From Spirochaetales bacterium (GTDB lineage Bacteria > Spirochaetota > Spirochaetia > JABEVK01), in assembly GCA_037142615.1 (NCBI GenBank), contig JBAXAI010000006.1:85118-149117 (forward strand): 64,000 nt of DNA, in the 5' to 3' direction. Each line of letters opens with the position of its first letter. The first letter of the stretch is position 1. The translations under genes and the position numbers were made by a program. The notes beneath the pieces are model-generated. The model made no database searches, had not been told where the DNA came from, and was given only the letters and a program-made list of their open reading frames with translations. Of the stretch, positions 38,584 through 47,374 are shown one piece after another.

Positions 38584-39270
38584 GTGGCCGAGAACTTGAG
38601 TGCCGACGTGTACGAACGTCTGAGCGAGCGCATCCTCAAACTGGACTATCCGCCGGGGTACCGACTGACCGAGGAAGGGTTGTGCGCCGAGTTCCAGGTG
38701 AGCCGTAGCCCGGTGCGGGAAGCGCTGAACATGCTGGTGCAGCGTGGCCTGGTCCGAAAGAATCCGCGGCAGAACTACGTGGTTCGTGAACTCGACGTCA
38801 AAGAGATCCGCGATGCCTACCACGTACGGCTCGTGCTGGAGCTTGAGGTGATGACACTCCTGTGTCGGCAGGGTGTCGACCAGGCGATCCTCGACCGGCT
38901 CGAAGCCCACTGGCTTGGCGTGCGCGACCGCTTGCCCGAGGGCATGGCGCACGCTGCCGACGACGACGAGAGGTTTCACCGCGAACTCGCCGAGGCCACG
39001 GGCAATCAAGCTCTAACCCGGACCTTGGCCGCCATCGATTCGCAGATTCACTTTGTACGCCTGTACGATATCACCAACATCGAACGCCTTCGCCGGACCT
39101 GCACCGATCACCTGGAGATCCTCACCGCGCTGCGCCGTCAAGACCTCAAGAATGCGGTGGTCGCCTTGGCCAGGAATATCGAGTGGGCCGAGGCCAACGT
39201 CGAGGGAGCGCTCAGCGACGTGGCCTCGCGGAGCCGTGCCGGAGGGCGCGAAGGAACCTCGAGGGGCTAG
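38584..39270 (+). CDS. GntR-family (FCD) transcriptional regulator
   Basis: PGYRLTEE.L..EFQVSRSPVREAL, D.RFH..L....GN, DH..IL.AL. Confidence 0.92.
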   Translation: MAENLSADVYERLSERILKLDYPPGYRLTEEGLCAEFQVSRSPVREALNMLVQRGLVRKNPRQNYVVRELDVKEIRDAYHVRLVLELEVMTLLCRQGVDQAILDRLEAHWLGVRDRLPEGMAHAADDDERFHRELAEATGNQALTRTLAAIDSQIHFVRLYDITNIERLRRTCTDHLEILTALRRQDLKNAVVALARNIEWAEANVEGALSDVASRSRAGGREGTSRG

Positions 39271-40325
39271 TCGACCAGCCCCGCCAACTGGCCGCACGCC
39301 GCTGCGATGGATTCGCCGGCTGACCGACGAACTGTCGATACGATGCCCGCCTCGCGGAGTGCCCGCTGGAAGGCATCAAGAACCGGCCGTGCCGACGGTG
39401 ACCAACTGCCCGAAATGCCGGGGTTGTAGGGAATCAAATTGACATGAGCGTCCCGGCCGGCAACCAAGGCGATCAACTCGGCCAGTTCGCGCTCGCTGTC
39501 GTTGACTCCGGCGATCATGATGTATTCCAAGAAGAGGCGGTGGCCGGTGTTGTCTTGGTAGCGTCGAAGGGCTTCCATCAGCTTTTCGAGCGGCCAGCGC
39601 CGGCAGCCGGGCATCAGGGTGTCGCGCAGGTCCTGCCTCGGGGCGTGGAGCGAAACCGCCAGCCTGACCTTGGGAAACTCGCGCCCGAACCTTTCGATGG
39701 CCCCGACCACCCCGCAGGTCGAAACCGACAGGTAGCGCGGCGCCAACTCAAAGCGCCGCTGGTCGGTCAGGCCGCGTAGAGCCTCTGCCAGGGCCTCGAA
39801 GTTGAGCAGGGGCTCGCCCATGCCCATGAACACGACATTGCGCAACCGGCCGCCCTCAGCCCGCAGTTGCTCTACAGCCCAGGTGGCCTGTTCCAGAATC
39901 TCGGCCGCGCCCAGGTCGCGAATCAGGCCAAGGCGCCCGGTAGAGCAAAAGGCGCAGCCCAGGGCGCAGCCAATCTGGGTGCTCACACACAGGGTGTTGC
40001 GGCCCTCGCGCTGCCGGAGGAGCACCGCTTCAAACCGCTGCCCGTCGGGGGCTTCGAACAACGCCTTGGTTGAGCCATCGGCAGCGGCTTCGAGGCGTTT
40101 TGTCCTTGTGGTCTTCCACTCGAAAAGCTGGGCCACCTCAACCGCCAAGGGCTCGGGTAACCGCGCAAGGGCGGCTTCCCAGGTGACTCCCTCGCGAAAA
40201 AGCGCCTTTCTGAGCGCCGAATAGCCTTGTTGGCCTCCGGTTCGGGTTCGGAGGATGCTCAGAACGGCTCCTTCGTCATGAAACGAAGGGCGAAGCGACC
40301 CAGAGGGCGCAGGCGGGCTGGTCAT
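39267..40325 (-). CDS. rlmN: 23S rRNA (A2503-C2) methyltransferase, radical SAM
   Basis: CVSTQIGCALGCAFCSTG, VVFMGMGEP, SLHAP, EYIMI.GVND, NLIPYN, AACGQL. Confidence 0.88.
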   Translation of the reverse strand: MTSPPAPSGSLRPSFHDEGAVLSILRTRTGGQQGYSALRKALFREGVTWEAALARLPEPLAVEVAQLFEWKTTRTKRLEAAADGSTKALFEAPDGQRFEAVLLRQREGRNTLCVSTQIGCALGCAFCSTGRLGLIRDLGAAEILEQATWAVEQLRAEGGRLRNVVFMGMGEPLLNFEALAEALRGLTDQRRFELAPRYLSVSTCGVVGAIERFGREFPKVRLAVSLHAPRQDLRDTLMPGCRRWPLEKLMEALRRYQDNTGHRLFLEYIMIAGVNDSERELAELIALVAGRDAHVNLIPYNPGISGSWSPSARPVLDAFQRALREAGIVSTVRRSAGESIAAACGQLAGLVD

Positions 40326-40482
40326 GGTTGATAGACTACATCGTAGGACGGTGATTTCTCTTCGTCAACCAAGGGATTCGTCCACAATCTATTGCCGAAG
40401 AGGGAGGCTTCTGGCTAGCCCTTGCGCCATAGCCTGTCATGCTAGATAGTTACACGGAGCTGTTCGTGGTTTTGGAGTTGCC

Positions 40483-43239
40483 ATGTTTCCAATCATCCTG
40501 TTCGACGAGTCAGATCGAAACCTCCGCCGTCTCGTGCAACTACTCTACGCGATTGTTGGGCCGTCGTTTGTTCTGATTCTGGTGCTGGTGGGGCGCGAAC
40601 AGGTGCTTTGGTCGGCGCTGGCGACCGGCGTCCTCTGTCTGGCGGCGGTGGCCATCACGGGTTTTTCCAAAAACGTCGGGCCCTACCGGTGGATCTTCCC
40701 GGGCGGTGTGGCCCCGGTGTTGTGCTGTGGCCTGGCGGCGGTGTCGCTGGGCCCGATGGGATGGGTCTTCCTGGCCGTGTCGACGGCACCCATCGCCTGG
40801 GCCGGGGTCTTGTTCTCGGCCCCCGCCGTGATCGGCGCTTTGGTCAGCGGCGTCATCGTTTGCTTTACGGTTCTGACCATCCAGGGCGGCTGGGTCTTCG
40901 GTCTGCTGAGCACCGCGATCTACGCCATCATTCAAGGACTGGTGGCCTGGGTGGCCTTCGCCAAGGCCAACAGTCTCCGGGGGGCCCGCCTGGAAAGCCT
41001 GGCCCGACAAATCGACGAAATGGAACTCAGCATGACCACCGACGGTCACATCACCTTCGCCAACGAGCACGCGGCGAAAAACTACGGGTACAGCGTCGAC
41101 GAGCTGTGCCGAATGAGCATCCGCGACCTGCGGGCCGACCCGGATTCCACCGAGTTCCGGCAGCAGTTTTCCGACGTTCAGGAAAGGAGTGTTTTGTTCG
41201 AGGCCGTCCACCGGCGGGCCGACGGCACCACCTTTCCCGTCGAAGTCAATTCCCGCCGTTTCTGGTCGCAGGGTCGCACACTGGTGCACAGCGTCGTGCG
41301 CGACATCACCGAGCGCCGCGCCAGGGAACAGGCCCTGCGCCAAACCCTCGAGGAGCTACGGCAGAATCAGTACCAACTCACCAAGGTCATCGAGTCGATG
41401 TCCGAGGGCTTGGTCGCCATCGACGCGCAGGGTCGTATTGTCCTGGCGAATAAGTCGGCCGAAAAGACTCTTGGTGTGCCGCAGGAAACACTGCTCAAAA
41501 TGTCGGTCAGTGACACGGATTATCAGGCCGTTCATAGCGACGGAACCCCGTGGCCCGCGAAAGACCAACCGGCCATGCTCGCCTTGGCAAGCGGGTTGCC
41601 GCTCATCGACCAAGTGATGGGCCTTGACGACCCGAAAGAGGGTCGTCGGTGGATCAGCGTCAACGCGGTGCCGTTGTTTCTGCACGGCGGAGAGCAGCCC
41701 GATCAGGTAATTTTGACGTTTGTCGATGTCACCGAGAGAAGATCCTTTACAGACGAGCTGATCAAGACTCGAGAACGATATCAGATGATTTTCGACCATG
41801 CAGCCTCGGGCAACGCCATTTTTGACCGCGAGTGTCGTCTTGTGGTTCAAAACCGGGTTGCGGAAAAAAGGTCGGGTATGGCGGCAGGAATGAATGTCGG
41901 CAAAAGCGTCGAGGAGATGTATGGAGTCGAGCGCGGAGGCCGCCTTCGCAAGCGCATCGTTCGAGTCTTGCAGGACCGGGTTACCGACGTTCTGCAATCC
42001 GAGTATGCAACTGAACGGGGCCCCAGGTGGGTTGAGTCGACAATCAACCCGGTTTTTGACGATGACGACACCCTTGCCGTCGGGGTTCACGTGCAGCTGC
42101 GCGACATTACGGCCGAGCGTGAACTCGAGGCCCGCGTGGTCCAGGCCCAAAAGATCGACAGTTTGGGCGTGCTGGCCGGCGGCATTGCGCACGACTTCAA
42201 CAATCTATTGGCAGGTCTCTCAGGCAATGTCGAACTGGCGCGCATGAACCTCAAAGCCAACCGAGTCGACACCGCGATCGAAAAGCTCGACCGCACGTTG
42301 CCGGTTTTTCAGCGGGCCAAGGCGCTCAGCCGCCGGGTCCTGACGTTTTCAAAGGGCGGGGAGCCGGTCAAGCGGGTCGAGTTTCTCGGTCCTCAGTTGG
42401 AACGGTGGGCCGAGTTCTCGTTGGTCGGCTCAAGTCTCAAGCTCGAAACGTCCATCGATCCGGACCTGTGGGCCTGCAACTGCGACAAAGACCAGATCAG
42501 CCAGATCATTGACAACCTGGTGGTCAACGCCCGTCAGGCTTCGCAACCGGGAGGAACCGTGAGGCTGGAGGCCGGGAACCGCGAGGGGAACCCGAAACTG
42601 ATCCGGATCAGCGTCATCGACTCCGGAGCGGGCATTGAACCGGGTGTGCAAGCCAAGATCTTCGACCCGTTCTTCACGACCAAGACGAGCGGAACCGGCC
42701 TCGGACTGACCACGTCCTTTTCGATCGCCAAGCGGCACGAGGGCTGGATCGAGGTCGACTCGCGCGCGGGCCAAGGAAGCACCTTTTCGCTCGTGTTGCC
42801 CGCCTTGGGCGATGTCGCGCCCGAAGCACAACCCGTCGCTCGGCTCGTGGAGTTTCGCGGTAGCGGTACGGCCCTTGTGGTCGACGACCAGGATTCGGTT
42901 CGCGAGGCGGCAGCCGAAATGCTGGAACTTTTGGGCTTTGAGGTGCTGCAGGCCGCCGACGGCGAGCGAGGGCTTGAGCTCTACCGCCAAGCGAGGGGCG
43001 AAGGGCGGACGCCTGTGATCACGTTGACGGACCTGACGATTCCCGGCGGCATGGGAGGCCTTGAAATGGTGAGGCAACTCAAGGCCGAAGGTGCCAGCTC
43101 AGAGTTTGTCGCCATGAGCGGGTACTCAAGTGAAGGGGAAAGCCCTGATTTCAGGGAAGTGTTCCACGGGCGCCTCGGCAAACCCTTCACCTTGCGGGAA
43201 GTCACCGAACTTCTTGCTCGCCTGCTGCCGGAAGGCTAG
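40483..43239 (+). CDS. Membrane-bound multi-PAS hybrid histidine kinase
   Basis: N-terminal TM bundle, three PAS domains, AHDFNN, DSGAG, DPFFTTK..GTGLGL, REC DLTIPGGMGG. Confidence 0.92.
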   Translation: MFPIILFDESDRNLRRLVQLLYAIVGPSFVLILVLVGREQVLWSALATGVLCLAAVAITGFSKNVGPYRWIFPGGVAPVLCCGLAAVSLGPMGWVFLAVSTAPIAWAGVLFSAPAVIGALVSGVIVCFTVLTIQGGWVFGLLSTAIYAIIQGLVAWVAFAKANSLRGARLESLARQIDEMELSMTTDGHITFANEHAAKNYGYSVDELCRMSIRDLRADPDSTEFRQQFSDVQERSVLFEAVHRRADGTTFPVEVNSRRFWSQGRTLVHSVVRDITERRAREQALRQTLEELRQNQYQLTKVIESMSEGLVAIDAQGRIVLANKSAEKTLGVPQETLLKMSVSDTDYQAVHSDGTPWPAKDQPAMLALASGLPLIDQVMGLDDPKEGRRWISVNAVPLFLHGGEQPDQVILTFVDVTERRSFTDELIKTRERYQMIFDHAASGNAIFDRECRLVVQNRVAEKRSGMAAGMNVGKSVEEMYGVERGGRLRKRIVRVLQDRVTDVLQSEYATERGPRWVESTINPVFDDDDTLAVGVHVQLRDITAERELEARVVQAQKIDSLGVLAGGIAHDFNNLLAGLSGNVELARMNLKANRVDTAIEKLDRTLPVFQRAKALSRRVLTFSKGGEPVKRVEFLGPQLERWAEFSLVGSSLKLETSIDPDLWACNCDKDQISQIIDNLVVNARQASQPGGTVRLEAGNREGNPKLIRISVIDSGAGIEPGVQAKIFDPFFTTKTSGTGLGLTTSFSIAKRHEGWIEVDSRAGQGSTFSLVLPALGDVAPEAQPVARLVEFRGSGTALVVDDQDSVREAAAEMLELLGFEVLQAADGERGLELYRQARGEGRTPVITLTDLTIPGGMGGLEMVRQLKAEGASSEFVAMSGYSSEGESPDFREVFHGRLGKPFTLREVTELLARLLPEG

Positions 43240-43240
43240 G

Positions 43241-44095
43241 CTAGCGGCGCGTGAGCTTGAGCCCCTGCGCCAGAGCCTTGTCGAACAGGCGCTTCGGCAG
43301 GTGCACCGGGAACCACCAGTCGCCCAAAAAGTTCCGCGTCAGCACGTAGCGGGCCTTGGGTTTGCGCAGATTCACCGCCCGCTCCACGGCCTGTGCGATA
43401 ACGCTGCCCTCCAACCCGGTCTTGGCCGAGTTCACGGCGAAAGCCTGGATGGCTCGGCTGGCTTCTTCGTAGCGGGTGGCGTCCAGGTGCGAAAAGTCGG
43501 TTTGCTCGGCCTTGTCCCAAATCGGCGTCTTGACCGCTCCCGGCCCCAAAACGATGACATCAATGCCCCACACCAAGAGTTCCCGGCGCAATGCGTCGCT
43601 GTAAGCCTCGAGCGCATGTTTGCTCGCCGCGTACGGGCCCATCAACGGGAACGAAATCCGCCCCGCCACCGACGAAATGTTGACAATGCGGCCGGGAACG
43701 CCCGAAAAACCTTCGCGTGCCCCCAGCAACGGTAAGAAGGCGCGGGTAACGATGTGCGGTCCCACCACGTTGGTTTCGAGCTGGCGTCGCAGGTCGGCGG
43801 TGCTGACCGTCTCGAGCGGACCGGCGACGGCGATGCCGGCGTTGTTGACCAGCGCCGCCAGCGGTTCGCCTGCCAAGGCCGTTTTTACCTCGTCGCTGGC
43901 ACGGGCTACGGCGGCTTCGTCGGTCACATCAAACACCAGCGGGTGGAACGAACCTCCCCACAGCTTGGCCAATTCAGCTCCCGTATCGGCCTTGCGCACC
44001 GAGCCATAGACCCGGAAACCCAACCCCAAGAAGTGCTCGGCGGTGGCGCGGCCGATGCCCGTCGACACTCCGGTGATGACAATGCTGGAACTCAT
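43241..44095 (-). CDS. Short-chain dehydrogenase/reductase
   Basis: TGVSTGIG, LVNNAG, NISS, YAASK, PG.VKTPIW. Confidence 0.92.
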   Translation of the reverse strand: MSSSIVITGVSTGIGRATAEHFLGLGFRVYGSVRKADTGAELAKLWGGSFHPLVFDVTDEAAVARASDEVKTALAGEPLAALVNNAGIAVAGPLETVSTADLRRQLETNVVGPHIVTRAFLPLLGAREGFSGVPGRIVNISSVAGRISFPLMGPYAASKHALEAYSDALRRELLVWGIDVIVLGPGAVKTPIWDKAEQTDFSHLDATRYEEASRAIQAFAVNSAKTGLEGSVIAQAVERAVNLRKPKARYVLTRNFLGDWWFPVHLPKRLFDKALAQGLKLTRR

Positions 44096-44223
44096 GCAAA
44101 CCTCCGTATCCCGTGGGAGGGACCCTGATGGATTATATCAGATAGGAGGCGTCGCCTTTCGCTTGTTTGGTGGGTGGCAATGCACTAGCTTTAGGCATGA
44201 GCCCCCGGGGGCAAGGAGTTTGC

Positions 44224-44565
44224 ATGGCGAAAAGTAAGAATGACATTCTGAAAGCGGGGCGAAAGGTGGTCGAAAAGGCTTCGGCGGCCGGACTGGCCGT
44301 GACCGCGCTGGCAAAAGTCGTGGAACGCTTGGAAAAGCTGCAAAAGGAACGCCAGAGCCTCAAGGCTCAGCTCGAAAAGAATGGTGACGACGCCAAACTG
44401 GTCTGGAAGGCGTTGAAGGCCGAAGTGAAAGGCCTCGAGGCCGAGTTGAAGCAGAAGCCTGCGACAACCAAGACTGTTACCGCAAAACCTGCCATCAGGC
44501 CTGCAGCCAAGGCACCGGTGAAAACTCCAACCAAGGCGGCTCCCAAAAAGCCGGCAAAGGTCTAG
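44224..44565 (+). CDS. Small basic coiled-coil protein with Lys/Ala/Pro-rich (histone H1-like) tail
   Basis: ATG follows AAGGAG; C-terminus KPATTKTVTAKPAIRPAAKAPVKTPTKAAPKKPAKV. Confidence 0.65.
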   Translation: MAKSKNDILKAGRKVVEKASAAGLAVTALAKVVERLEKLQKERQSLKAQLEKNGDDAKLVWKALKAEVKGLEAELKQKPATTKTVTAKPAIRPAAKAPVKTPTKAAPKKPAKV

Positions 44566-44569
44566 GCCC

Positions 44570-45019
44570 ATGATCCTCGACTCCCTCAACTCCAGCTCTC
44601 GCTACGAATGCCTCGGTCCCCGCTTCGCTCAGGCTTTTGCCTGGCTGCGCACGGTCGACCCGACCACGCTTCCCGACGGCAAGACCGTGCTCGACGGCGA
44701 CAACCTGTTCGTCATAACCCAGCGTGGCCTCACCAAGCCTCTCGACCAGGTGAAGTGGGAGGCGCACCAAAAGTACGCCGACATCCAGTACCTCGCCTCG
44801 GGCACCGAAGAAATGCGCTGGCAGGCGCTCGAGTTCACGCAGACCGAAGACTACGTCGAGGAAAAGGACTTTGTTCCCCTCAATACCGACGTCTGGACGA
44901 CGTTTGAGGTGATCGAAGGGCAGTTCGCCGTGTTCTTTCCCGACGACGCCCACCGGCCCAGCATCGAGGTTCCGGGAGCCCCGCCTGTGGTCAAGCTGGT
45001 GGTAAAAGTCCGGCTCTAG
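44570..45019 (+). CDS. YhcH/YjgK/YiaL (NanQ/EbgC-like) family protein
   Basis: WEAH.KYADIQY...G.E, Y..EKD, FAVFFPDDAHRP, KLVVKV. Confidence 0.92.
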   Translation: MILDSLNSSSRYECLGPRFAQAFAWLRTVDPTTLPDGKTVLDGDNLFVITQRGLTKPLDQVKWEAHQKYADIQYLASGTEEMRWQALEFTQTEDYVEEKDFVPLNTDVWTTFEVIEGQFAVFFPDDAHRPSIEVPGAPPVVKLVVKVRL

Positions 45020-45080
45020 TTTGTGGGGTGCACCATCAATGCACAAGCCTCCTGTACATTTGTATACGGAGGCATTCACC

Positions 45081-45308
45081 ATGACCCTGACCGCACCTTT
45101 TACAGCCTTTGTTCCCCGCCAAGCCAGCCTGGCCACCGTTGTTCCCCAACTGGTCGACGCTTACCCCTACTACGACGAGTTTGACATCGCCCAGTTCCTC
45201 GAGGAACGCTGGGGCCGACGCGTGTCCGACGCCGACTTCGAGCGCATCCGCACGTTCTACGTCCGCGCACGCCTGCAGCAGTACCTGCCCGAAGGCGACG
45301 ACGACTGA
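45081..45308 (+). CDS. Hypothetical small acidic protein
   Basis: ATG follows GGAGG, GC3-rich codon usage, fills the intergenic space. Confidence 0.55.
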   Translation: MTLTAPFTAFVPRQASLATVVPQLVDAYPYYDEFDIAQFLEERWGRRVSDADFERIRTFYVRARLQQYLPEGDDD

Positions 45309-45407
45309 GCAAAGCGCTCGCTTTGGCTAAACATTGTGCCTGTAAGCGTATACACGCACACCCATTCGGCCCACACTGCTGGCAGGAGCTCCAAGGAGCC
45401 TCCCACC

Positions 45408-47348
45408 ATGTCCAAGTCCGACGCCGAGATCCGATCACGGGAGTTCCTCGAAAACGTGATTGATGCGGTACGGGAACCCCTTGTGGTTCTTGACCAGGAC
45501 CTGCGCGTGCTGACGGTCAGCCGCGCCTTTTACGACGTTTTTCACGTCAAACCGAGTGAAACCATTGGCTTTTTGATCTACGAGCTTGGCAACCGCCAGT
45601 GGGACATCCCCAAGCTCCGCGAGCTGCTCGAAGAAATCCTGACGAGGCAGACCGCGTTTCAAGACTACGAGGTGACTCACACCTTTTCGACGATCGGTGC
45701 GCGCATCATGCTCTTGAACGCGAGGCAGATTCCCAGGGCTCTGGGGCAGAAACGCATCGTTCTGCTGGCCATCGAAGACATCACCGTGCGTCGAAACACC
45801 GAAATGGCGCTCGATAAAGCCCGGGTCGACCTGGCCGAGCTTCGCATCTCGGAAGACAGGGCGAGGGAGTTTACCCAAAGCATCATCGACACCATCAGGG
45901 AACCGCTGATGGCGCTCGACGGCAACCTGCGCATCGTGGCCGTCAGCCGCGCGTTTTACGAGGTCTTCAAAACCCGGCCCGAAGACACCATCGGCAAGCG
46001 GATCTACGATCTGGGCGAACAACAGTGGGACATTCCCAAGCTCCACGACCTTTTGGAGACGTTGCTTGTGCAGACCACGTCGTTCAACGACTACGAGGTC
46101 GATCACGACTTCGCCGACATCGGCCGCAGGGTGATGCTCCTCAACGCGCGCCAAGTGAAGCAGAACGAAGGCAAAGACCTTTTGATCCTGCTGGCCATTG
46201 AGGACGTGACCAAGCGCTAACGCATGGAAATGGACCTGCAGAAGGCCCAGCGCATCGAGTCGCTCGGCGTGCTGGCAGGCGGCATCGCTCACGACTTCAA
46301 CAACCTGATGGCCGGTCTGCTCTCGAACACCGAGCTGGCCCAGTATTACTTGGGCGAGGGCAACGTGGAGTCGGCGGTCGAACGGCTTTCCAAAACGCCG
46401 TCCATTTTTGCTCGGGGAAAGGCGCTCACCAGGCGTCTGCTCACGTTTTCCAACGGAGGGGCCCCCGTACGGCTTCCGACAGCTCTGGGGCCGCTTCTGG
46501 CGGAGTGGGTGGAGTTTGCGCTCCTGGGGGCCGACGTCACCGCCGAACTGCAGATCGACCCGGCGCTGCGAAGTTGCGACTGCGATGTGGGCCAGATCAG
46601 CCAGGTGCTCAACAACCTGCTCATCAACGCCAGGCAGGCTTCGCCCGACGGTTCGGTGATCCAGGTGAGCGCCCACAACGTGCACAAGCTGGGAGAGTTT
46701 GTGGCTTTGTCGGTGGCGAACCCGGGACCACCCATTCCGCCCGAGGTACAGGCCCGCATGTTCGACCCCTTTTTTACGACGAAAGCGCTCGGTTCGGGGC
46801 TCGGCCTGTCGATCGCGTATTCCATCGTCCGCCAGCATAACGGGCGCATCGAAGTCGTCTCCGAAAAGGAAAAGGGAACGACTGTCACCGTGTTCCTTCC
46901 AGCCCTCGCTGCGGCCGCGCCGTCCGAAGGGCCAGAACCCGTGGTGGAGGGTTACCAGGGCATCGGGACAGCGCTGCTGATGGACGACAGCGAAGAACTC
47001 CGCGACGGGCTTGGCGTGATGCTCGAAACATTGGGCTACCAGGTGTTACTGGCTTCGCGGGGCGAGGAGGCGCTCGAAGTCTTCCTGGCGCGCAAGAACG
47101 CGGGACTCACCGTTGAGGTGTTCCTCCTCGACAACAAGATTCCCGGCGGTTTGGGCGGAGTCGAGACGGCCCACCGGTTGCGCCAGGCGGGATGCACGGC
47201 ACCCATTTTGCTGATGAGCGGCATTTTTGACGAAACGCTCAGCCCGCGTTGGGCTGGTCAGGACGGGCTGTGGCAGCTGGCCAAACCCTTCCGGATTGAG
47301 GAGTTGATGCGAGTTCTCGCGTCGCTGTCGCCCACCGATGGACGCTGA
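45408..47348 (+). pseudogene. PAS-PAS hybrid histidine kinase interrupted by an in-frame TAA (46218-46220)
   Basis: ORFs ..46220 and 46224.. are in the same frame. The junction EDVTKR*RMEMDLQKAQRIESLG is the canonical PAS-HisKA linker. Confidence 0.75.
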
Positions 47349-47374
47349 CCCCGCAAACGGCTAAGCTCGGGGCC

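Noticed and set aside
39267-40325. Cfr resistance methyltransferase
   Set aside because: MGMGEP (Cfr has MGMGEA) and AACGQL fit RlmN; no mobile context
45440-46215. Internal DNA duplication
   Set aside because: Two paralogous PAS domains within one protein
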